From an uncultured Methanosarcinales archaeon (lineage in GTDB: Archaea; Nanobdellota; Nanobdellia; Woesearchaeales; CALCXY01), in NCBI GenBank assembly GCA_964385185.1, contig CAYLOA010000012.1, positions 1 to 34,060 of the forward strand: a DNA stretch of 34,060 bases, in the 5' to 3' direction. The notes under the pieces were generated by a model. That model did not search any database. It saw only the letters and a program-made list of their open reading frames with translations, and was not told the origin of the DNA. The position numbers were made by a program, and so were the translations under genes. This document shows, in pieces, positions 27,282 to 34,060 of this stretch (the stretch's first letter is position 1; every line of letters begins with the position of its first letter).

Positions 27282-28282
27282 GGGAAACCCCCAGAATATT
27301 TAGCAACAAGAATTCTTAACTTATCCTTCTTGACAGGATGCTTGAAACCTATAAGTTCTGCAAATTTGAGAATATTCTCTTTCTTGGTTATAGAGAAATA
27401 AAACATTTTAGTTCTATTTCTCGGATGGTGTATTAGAATTTGATTTGGACGAATACCAATCGATTGAACCAATTTATGAATATCTTGAAGAAGTTCTTTG
27501 CTTTTTTGAGAAATTACAATCATACTTTTCTGAGGGTAAAGGAATCCTTCGTCATCATAAAGTCCCTGTAACAAATATTTTGCAAGGTGAAGATTGTTCT
27601 TGTCAAAAACAAATGGAGGAATTCTCTTATTAAATTTATTTTTATCGTATTCCAGAAGTTCAAAGAAAAAGTGACCAAGAGTAGTTGGTAACCAAACTTC
27701 TTTTACATTGGTTGGTTTTCTTCTTTGATATATTTTGAAATCCCCAAATAATTTCTTAATATCGATGACAAATTGGTTAATTAAAGTATGAGATTGGTTA
27801 GCGTAGAATGGTCTATATTTTCCTTCGGGTACATTAGTATGAATTCCTCCATCACCCAAGAAATTACCGATAACCCTAAATAAGGACGGTGAAATCAGAT
27901 CCTTAAGATTGAATTCTACAGGAAATGAAGTTTTTGTTTTTATTGAACAAATATTTTTTAATACGGTCGACCTTTGGATTCCATGGTTATTTCCCAAATT
28001 TATCAGTGTGTTAATATTTATGAAGTAATTTTCAATTTTAAGAATTCTACGAACAGTATTGCTGGACGAATTAATTTGCCTGGCTGTAGAAGAATAATTA
28101 GAAATTCTATTATTTAACAATTCTCGAAATAAAGGTGTTATCTGACAATAATAATTCTCGAAATTGATAAATTTTGTGATATTCATAATCTCTTTTGGAA
28201 TATCGCCAAAATTTTGAGATTTCAGAGGAATTATTTTGTCCTGATTTTCACCTGTAGTGAGAGATTTAATCATTTCTTTCAT
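27269..28282 (-). mobile_element. Free-standing double-motif LAGLIDADG homing endonuclease gene with an N-terminal HTH-like region
   Basis: Motif 1 FRVIGNFLGDGG and motif 2 YLLQGLYDDEG, plus intein-endonuclease-style RIPPFVF and KFAELIGFKHP. No Hint domain. Base composition differs from the upstream operon gene. Confidence 0.88.
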
Positions 28283-30000
28283 TACACATCCCTCAATATG
28301 CCAACCAACTCCTTATGATTACCACCTACAAAATCAGCTCCTTCACCTTCACCATAAAGAACAGTCTTCCCACCCATCTTTCCTGCCATCTTCAAATCCT
28401 TCTCAAAATTGTCACCAACAAAAACACATTCATAGGGACTCACCCCTAAAGCCTGCATAGCCAATTTAATATATTCCTCGTTTGGCTTCATAACACCAAT
28501 AGAATCACTACTCAATACCAAATTAAAATATCCTTCCAACTTCAATCTCTTAATCTTGGGTATCAACACATCGCTAGGGTCTTCACTCACTAAAGCAACC
28601 TTATAACCTTCCAATCCCTCCAATAATTCGGGAACTCCAGAAAATACCTGTAATCTATTCAATAACACCTTCAAAAAAGCACCAAATGCACCTTCAACAT
28701 CCTTCAACCGATGTCGTTTTGCCAACAATCCATAGCTATACTTTCTATGTCTTTTTTTAGGGTCTGTATCTTCCTTCACCTGTTCAACAATCTCTTTCCA
28801 TCCAGCATAGAGATGTGCTTCTCTTCCACCTTGTTTAGCAAAAAACTTCATGGCAGCCTTATCTGCAAGAGGACTCACCACCTTAGTATCATAAAGTGTA
28901 TTATCAGCATCAAAAACAACAGCCCGGACTAAATGATCTTCCTCTAAAGTCTTAACAGTCTTTCCAGGATAGACCATCTTACCAGGCTTACAAATCACAT
29001 CTTTACCAATCGTAACACCATCTCCTAAAAACACACCAACACTACAGTCAGCTTTCTCATAATGATCTTTAACAAAAACCTCTGCCTTGCCACTCTTAAC
29101 AACAAATCCATCACCAACTACACAATTCTTACCAATCACAGAATCTATAATCTTACAATTATTACCAACAACAGCCCCTTCCATAATAACAGAGCCATCA
29201 ATAACACTATTATCGCCAACATTTCCAGCTACTCCAGAAAAATTCTTCAAAACTGTTTTTTTACCAATCTTCCCTCCAACCCAACCTTTTTTATCAGCAA
29301 ATTTCTCCACCAATAATCGATTAACAAGCAAAACATCCCAAGGTTTACCTAAATCCTCTCGTTTTCCGTCATAGACCCAATACGGCAACTTCCCACCCTC
29401 CCTTAAAACATACTCTGGAGGAGGGACTTCTTTTTTACCAGAAAACAAAATATCCTTCTCTATTCCAGCCAAAAACTTTTGAGTATTCAAAATCCCAGCC
29501 CCAACCAACCCTAATTTACTAGGAGCTTTCTCAGGTTTTTCCATAATCTCTACAACGACATCCTTTTCCAATCGAGCAATCCCATATCTTTTAGGGTCTT
29601 TCACCTTACGAAGTGTAATGACTCCGTCACCTTTGTTCTTCTTTAATAATGTCCCAACTAAGTCATCAGAATGGACACTATCTCCATACTTAAAAAGAAA
29701 ATGGCTATCAGTGAGTAAATCTCTAGCAGAATAGATCGCATGGCTAGGCCCTAATTGAACATCTTGCACGACATACCCTATTTTAGTCTTGCCATACTCT
29801 TTTCCACAACGCTCAGAAATCTCCCCAACATTATCTCGATTACAGATAATAACAATATCATCTATACCATGTTTAACAAACTCATCAATATGATAAAAGA
29901 GCAATGGTTTTCCCAAAAATTCTAGCATAACCTTACTCCCAGTCAAACTAAAAGGCTTAATCCTACTACCACTCCCAGCAGCAAGTAATACTCCAATCAT
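28282..30000 (-). CDS. GlmU-like sugar-phosphate nucleotidyltransferase with hexapeptide (LbH) domain fused to a C-terminal HAD hydrolase
   Basis: LLAAGSGSRIKP, YGD, MEKP, DLGKPWD, then hexapeptide repeats (VIMEGAVVGNNCKIIDSVIGKNCVVG), then HAD motifs VFDADNTL, VS, KP, VGDNFEKD. Confidence 0.88.
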   Translation of the reverse strand: MIGVLLAAGSGSRIKPFSLTGSKVMLEFLGKPLLFYHIDEFVKHGIDDIVIICNRDNVGEISERCGKEYGKTKIGYVVQDVQLGPSHAIYSARDLLTDSHFLFKYGDSVHSDDLVGTLLKKNKGDGVITLRKVKDPKRYGIARLEKDVVVEIMEKPEKAPSKLGLVGAGILNTQKFLAGIEKDILFSGKKEVPPPEYVLREGGKLPYWVYDGKREDLGKPWDVLLVNRLLVEKFADKKGWVGGKIGKKTVLKNFSGVAGNVGDNSVIDGSVIMEGAVVGNNCKIIDSVIGKNCVVGDGFVVKSGKAEVFVKDHYEKADCSVGVFLGDGVTIGKDVICKPGKMVYPGKTVKTLEEDHLVRAVVFDADNTLYDTKVVSPLADKAAMKFFAKQGGREAHLYAGWKEIVEQVKEDTDPKKRHRKYSYGLLAKRHRLKDVEGAFGAFLKVLLNRLQVFSGVPELLEGLEGYKVALVSEDPSDVLIPKIKRLKLEGYFNLVLSSDSIGVMKPNEEYIKLAMQALGVSPYECVFVGDNFEKDLKMAGKMGGKTVLYGEGEGADFVGGNHKELVGILRDV

Positions 30001-30980
30001 TTGACCAACTCCATAAGGATTTTTGCCACTTTTTCAGAATCATGTCTAATCAAATGAGGAAAAGCAACAATATCCTTTCCACTAACTCGTTCCAACTGCA
30101 ATAACTGACTCTTATCAAGATCTGCAACAAAGTTATCCACAATAACCAGCCCCTCATCAACAGAATCTATCTTTACAGGAATGGCACCGTCTCGTTTATA
30201 CAAAGCCAGTAACTCATCACTAGGCTTTCCACTATTCACCAAAACATAATCAAACACAAAATCTCCATACTTCTTAACTTCCTCAACATGCATACCAGCA
30301 GTAAAATGATCAGTCTGGCCTGGATGGGTCATCACATTGGTCACAAACACTTTTTTTGCCTTACTCTTGGCAATCGCCAAGCCAACTCCCTCAACCAAAA
30401 GTATAGGAATAATCCCTGTCCGTAAACTACCAGGACAAACAACAATCATATCAGCTTCCTGTAATGCCTTAACAACACCTGTAGCTGCCTTAACAGCATC
30501 TTTCAAATATAATCTCAAAACTTTGCTTTTGCTCTGCTTAATAATCTCCCATTCCCCTTCAATCTTAGAACCATCTAACAACTCTGCACAGATCTGTGTG
30601 CTTTCATTACTTACTGGCAAGACTTTTCCACGAACACATACTAAATTACTCATGGTCTTCAAAGCCTCTCCAAAATCGCCCTCAATCCTAGTAAGAGCAG
30701 CCAGCATTAGATTACCCAAAGCAACACCTGATAGATTCCCCTCTGTAAAACGATACTTCAATAGCTTCTGCAAAACTCCATCCTTTGCCAAAGTACTCAA
30801 AACACTCCTAGAATCACCTACTTGGGGGATGTCCATTGCCTGTCTAATCAATCCTGAATAGCCACCATTGTCTGTAACACCAACAATAGCCGTAATATCA
30901 ACGTCTAACTGCTGTAATCCTTCCAGAATAGCCGCCTGACCAGTCCCTCCTCCTAAACATACTATCTTTGGTCGTACCAT
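29997..30980 (-). CDS. yvcK: YvcK/GlmR (UPF0052, CofD-like) family protein
   Basis: IVCLGGGTG, VTDNGGYSG, GD.R, LGNLMLAAL, GE, PGSL.TGIIP.L, NVMT.PGQTD, IRHD. Confidence 0.9.
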   Translation of the reverse strand: MVRPKIVCLGGGTGQAAILEGLQQLDVDITAIVGVTDNGGYSGLIRQAMDIPQVGDSRSVLSTLAKDGVLQKLLKYRFTEGNLSGVALGNLMLAALTRIEGDFGEALKTMSNLVCVRGKVLPVSNESTQICAELLDGSKIEGEWEIIKQSKSKVLRLYLKDAVKAATGVVKALQEADMIVVCPGSLRTGIIPILLVEGVGLAIAKSKAKKVFVTNVMTHPGQTDHFTAGMHVEEVKKYGDFVFDYVLVNSGKPSDELLALYKRDGAIPVKIDSVDEGLVIVDNFVADLDKSQLLQLERVSGKDIVAFPHLIRHDSEKVAKILMELVK

Positions 30981-30999
30981 CCCATTACAAACAAAAGAC

Positions 31000-31044
31000 T
31001 TATATATAAAGGTTATTAAAGTATTTTTAATACTACTAAAAATA
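31000..31044. promoter_or_regulatory. Divergent promoter with an 8-7-8 inverted repeat (candidate operator)
   Basis: TTATATATAAA at 31000-31010 is the TATA for the yvcK operon. TATTTTTA-N7-TAAAAATA at 31022-31044 overlaps the expected TATA of the HTH gene. Confidence 0.55.
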
Positions 31045-31054
31045 GTTTTATACT

Positions 31055-31975
31055 ATGTTTATCGTCGAGAACAACCAATCACTACCTGCAAAAGAGCTCT
31101 CTCCAGAACAAGCTAAATCCCTCTCTTCCAAACTAGCTCAGTCCATCATAAAACAGCTAGCAAACACTCCCTCCTATCCCAAGCAAATAGCAAAACTCCT
31201 AAACGTCCATGAACAAAAAGTATATTACCATATTAGAAAGCTAGAAAAAACAAACATTATCCAACAAACAGAGACAAAAATCATTGGTGGCACTCCTGCC
31301 CACATCTACAAACTAAAACAACCTGCTTTTATCATAAAATTCAAAGAATTCCAGACCTCCACACACATACCTAGCATAAAAGAAACAAACAAAGAAGAAA
31401 AAGCATTCTTAGAGCCCTTTATCGAAGACGGACAGCTCAATGCTTCAATTATAGTAGGCTCCCCAGACCCCCACGGTCCTGAAAAAGCAAGATCAAGAGA
31501 CGGCTATTATGCCATAGACTTAGCATTATTCCTTGGCTCCTACCTAAACTACCTCCCGAAATTAAACGTAAAGCTCGACACAGAAACAAGACAAGAAGAT
31601 CTCCAAAACAACCTAGTCTTAATCGGAGGTCCAGTAGTCAACACAATAACTGAAAAAATCAACTCTTCTCTACCCATCAAATTCATAAAAAAAGAGAATT
31701 ACACACTACACTCAACAATCTCAAAGAAAGACTACCACTCTGACACCATTGGCATCATAACAAAAATAAAATCCCCTTTTAACAAAAAGAAATCAATCTT
31801 ACTAATAGCAGGTAAACGAAACACAGGAACAAGAACATGCATAATAGCATTCTTAAAACACTTCAAAGAAATATTAAAAGGAAACTCCAAACAACCTAAA
31901 ACATTCGCTAAAGTAATAGAAGGAATAGACATGAACGCAGATGGTATCGTAGATGAGGTTGAATTCTTAGAATAA
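31055..31975 (+). CDS. Winged-HTH (ArsR/HTH_20-like) transcription regulator with an uncharacterised alpha/beta C-terminal domain
   Basis: IIKQL..PSYPKQIAKLLNVHEQKVYYHIRKLEKTNII plus wing (GGTPAHIY). C-terminal IVGSPDPHG...RSRD, NLVLIGGPVVN and LIAG...GTR. Confidence 0.8.
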   Translation: MFIVENNQSLPAKELSPEQAKSLSSKLAQSIIKQLANTPSYPKQIAKLLNVHEQKVYYHIRKLEKTNIIQQTETKIIGGTPAHIYKLKQPAFIIKFKEFQTSTHIPSIKETNKEEKAFLEPFIEDGQLNASIIVGSPDPHGPEKARSRDGYYAIDLALFLGSYLNYLPKLNVKLDTETRQEDLQNNLVLIGGPVVNTITEKINSSLPIKFIKKENYTLHSTISKKDYHSDTIGIITKIKSPFNKKKSILLIAGKRNTGTRTCIIAFLKHFKEILKGNSKQPKTFAKVIEGIDMNADGIVDEVEFLE

Positions 31976-31976
31976 A

Positions 31977-34049
31977 ATGTTTGATACAAAAAAAATACAT
32001 AGGACCCTTGAAAAAATTCAAAAAGATATTGAAAATCATGAATTAGATAATTATGGGCTTCCCTGGTGGGATGACAAAAGAGTAGAAGATGTTGATGCCT
32101 TAGTTAAGGATCTCATAGAACTCAGAGATGTACACGGTTTTACTTCTCAGGGCATGAATGAATGGTTAGTATTGTTAGAGTATGCTCAAGCTGCCTACCA
32201 TAAAGGTATAAACCGTGAAAAAGCGGAAACAGAACTGAAGAAAAGAGATCCAAAAGAAATTAAAAGATTAAATTATTTCTTGAAGAAATTAGTTAACGAC
32301 ATTAAAATCTTTGAAACAGAAGGCACAGGAATGCTAATCCTTGAAAACCATAATTTCCCCATTGAAAAATACCCTGAAGCTGCTCAGTTTATGGCACATC
32401 ATCCAGGAGATTTAAAGAAGATGAATCAGGCAGCTGGTGATAATGCTGGGAAATTGTTCCAGTATGGTTTGCCAAAAGTTGTTGGAGCTGGTTTGGTGAC
32501 TGAAAAATATTGGCCTGGTTTAATTAAGATGGCTCAGGCAGCTGGTGATAATGCTGGGAAATTGTTCCAGTATGGTTTGCCNNNNNNNNNNNNNNNNNNN
32601 NNNNNNNNNNNNNNNNNNNNNNNNNNNNNNNNNNNNNNNNNNNNNNNNNNNNNNNNNNNNNNNNNNNNNNNNNNNNNNNNNTATGGTTTGCCAAAAGTTG
32701 TTGGAGCTGGTTTGGTGACTGAAAAATATTGGCCTGAAATTGTGAAGGGTTTAATTGAGATGGCTCAGGCAGCTGGTGATAATGCTGGGAAATTGTTCCA
32801 GTATGGTTTGCCAAAAGTTGTTGGAGCTGGTTTGGTGACTGAAAAATATTGGCCTGAAATTGTGAAGGGTTTAATTGAGATGGCTCAGGCAGCTGGTGAT
32901 AATGCTGGGAAATTGTTCCAGTATGGTTTGCCAAAAGTTGTTGGAGCTGGTTTGGTGACTGAAAAATATTGGCCTGGTTTAATTAAGATGGCTCAGGCAG
33001 CTGGTGATAATACTGATAGTTTGTACTGGTTTGGTTTGCCAATGGTTGTTGAAGCTGGTTTGGTGACTGAGGAAAATTGGGATAAACTAGTAAAATTAGT
33101 TAAGATATTGAGTAAGAACCTAGATAAAAAAAACATACAGAATCTGTTCCATAAAACACTCTCTCAATTTATACTCTTTCATAAAGTTGTTGATGTAAAC
33201 ACAATTGGGGATTTTACAGTAGCGGTAGTCAATAAATATGGCAAAGGACATCAACAAATAAGTAAAATTTTTAAGGAATTAGTTCCATTGGTAGAATCTA
33301 ATGAAGATTTGGAACTTTTATGGTCCTATTTGAAAATATCCTCCGTGATTTCGTTTAATTTATTTAAAGAATATAAAAATCTGGATGAAAAAAATAGAAA
33401 AGCATTTTTAGAAGACCATAAAAAAAGATATAGTGATATTGTCTTAGGAAAAGATACTAAATTTACTGTGAAGAATTTTCCGTATATTTTACACGCTATC
33501 AATTCCCCTAGTTTATCTGATCAAAAACTTAAACAAACACTAGAAACCTACGGTAAAAAAGCATCCGAATTACCTCCTACTACATTTACTTCTTTTAATT
33601 TAAAATCTATCAAGGATGTAGGAGGATTAAAAGTAAAAGGAAAATTAGATGAAAAACTATTTACTTATTATCGTGAATTTATCCAACTAATAAATAACTC
33701 TAAGCCAATAGAAATAAATTATAATGAATTGCTTGCTGAAAAAGTAAAATATAGTGAATCAATTTTAGGTACAGAATTTTCATTTGAAATAGCATGGCGA
33801 GTGAAAATGCTTGAAGTATTTTCTAACCTAGGAGAAGCAATGAAAAATAAATTAATAAAAATTACAAATGAAGACTTTAAATCATTTTCAAATGACTTAT
33901 TTGAATTGAGGGATGTATATAATGCATTTCTGGAATTGTATAATGATATCCTGCAGATAGAAGCCAATCTGATCTATTTAAAGCAAAAGCTTTTACGCTG
34001 TAAAGAACTTCATCTAAGCCCAATTCCTTACTTAAAGCTATATCTTTGA
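31977..34049 (+). CDS. Large hypothetical protein with internal 36/40-aa tandem repeats (spans a 100-N gap, so true length is unknown)
   Basis: Open frame on both sides of the gap. Repeat unit MAQAAGDNAGKLFQYGLPKVVGAGLVTEKYWP(EIVK)GLI(K/E). Confidence 0.7.
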   Translation: MFDTKKIHRTLEKIQKDIENHELDNYGLPWWDDKRVEDVDALVKDLIELRDVHGFTSQGMNEWLVLLEYAQAAYHKGINREKAETELKKRDPKEIKRLNYFLKKLVNDIKIFETEGTGMLILENHNFPIEKYPEAAQFMAHHPGDLKKMNQAAGDNAGKLFQYGLPKVVGAGLVTEKYWPGLIKMAQAAGDNAGKLFQYGLXXXXXXXXXXXXXXXXXXXXXXXXXXXXXXXXXXYGLPKVVGAGLVTEKYWPEIVKGLIEMAQAAGDNAGKLFQYGLPKVVGAGLVTEKYWPEIVKGLIEMAQAAGDNAGKLFQYGLPKVVGAGLVTEKYWPGLIKMAQAAGDNTDSLYWFGLPMVVEAGLVTEENWDKLVKLVKILSKNLDKKNIQNLFHKTLSQFILFHKVVDVNTIGDFTVAVVNKYGKGHQQISKIFKELVPLVESNEDLELLWSYLKISSVISFNLFKEYKNLDEKNRKAFLEDHKKRYSDIVLGKDTKFTVKNFPYILHAINSPSLSDQKLKQTLETYGKKASELPPTTFTSFNLKSIKDVGGLKVKGKLDEKLFTYYREFIQLINNSKPIEINYNELLAEKVKYSESILGTEFSFEIAWRVKMLEVFSNLGEAMKNKLIKITNEDFKSFSNDLFELRDVYNAFLELYNDILQIEANLIYLKQKLLRCKELHLSPIPYLKLYL
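32421..33084 (+). repeat. Coding tandem repeat with 108-nt and 120-nt unit variants
   Basis: Units start at 32421 (108 nt), 32529 (interrupted by the gap), 32760 (120 nt), 32880 (108 nt) and 32988 (degenerate). DNA is near-identical between units. Confidence 0.95.
32582..32681. other. Assembly gap (100 N placeholder) inside the repeat
   Basis: Exactly 100 N. Unit starts 32529 and 32760 are 231 nt apart, which is not a sum of 108 and 120, so the gap size is nominal. Confidence 0.95.
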
Positions 34050-34060
34050 ATGCTAAAACT

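Noticed and set aside
27282..27450. glmS ribozyme upstream of glmS
   Set aside because: The upstream DNA is entirely endonuclease coding sequence, and no ribozyme core was recognised.
27269..28282. Intein in GlmS or GlmU
   Set aside because: The endonuclease has its own start and stop and is not in frame with glmS. It has no N-terminal Cys/Ser Hint block and no His-Asn terminus.
30337..30861. 174-aa antisense ORF inside yvcK, and the other short nested ORFs (e.g. 1699, 2625, 3768, 6150, 8458, 8713, 10643, 16034, 19736, 23890, 26175, 29062, 29087, 32524, 33719)
   Set aside because: Shadow frames of well-supported genes, favoured by biased codon usage. No motifs or independent promoters seen.
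29997..30980. CofD (F420 biosynthesis)
   Set aside because: The motifs DNGGYSG, LGNLMLAAL, NVMT.PGQTD and RHD match the YvcK branch, and the context is amino-sugar metabolism.
32582..32681. Frame continuity across the N run as proof of a 690-aa protein
   Set aside because: The gap length is a placeholder, so the real length and repeat count are unknown.
32421..33084. CRISPR array
   Set aside because: Units are 108/120 nt, contiguous and frame-preserving, with no unique spacers. No cas genes are present.

Overview
AT-rich, very compact archaeal chromosome segment. TATA boxes sit about 23 nt ahead of apparently leaderless start codons, and there is a stand-alone 5S rRNA and a shortened Rqc2/NFACT gene. 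A DPANN lineage such as Woesearchaeota is my inference. Positions 1-16.7 kb are a surface-glycosylation cluster: four GT2s, three GT-C membrane transferases (each head-to-head with a DPM1-like GT2), two GT4s, a Wzx flippase translationally coupled to two Pol-beta-like nucleotidyltransferases, a PPOX-like flavoprotein and a B12 radical SAM enzyme. Positions 17.5-21.4 kb hold a UDP-glucuronate/UDP-xylose operon, divergent from an RHH plus degenerate nucleotidyltransferase gene, with three helically phased repeats between them. Positions 21.4-25 kb hold an IMPase/CysQ gene, the 5S rRNA, NFACT and several orphans. Positions 25-32 kb hold a UDP-GlcNAc-type operon (YvcK/GlmR, GlmU-HAD fusion, LAGLIDADG, glmS, GNAT), divergent from an HTH regulator with a palindrome over its promoter. 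The window ends in a tandem-repeat protein containing an assembly gap. Best candidates for something new: (1) a free-standing LAGLIDADG endonuclease that seems to have arrived together with a compositionally foreign 5' half of glmS, suggesting intronless homing; (2) a pseudo-enzyme sugar-nucleotide-sensing RHH regulator with a visible candidate operator; (3) a flippase-coupled nucleotidyltransferase pair; (4) a possible non-canonical archaeal UDP-GlcNAc route. All family calls come from motif recognition by eye, not database searches.
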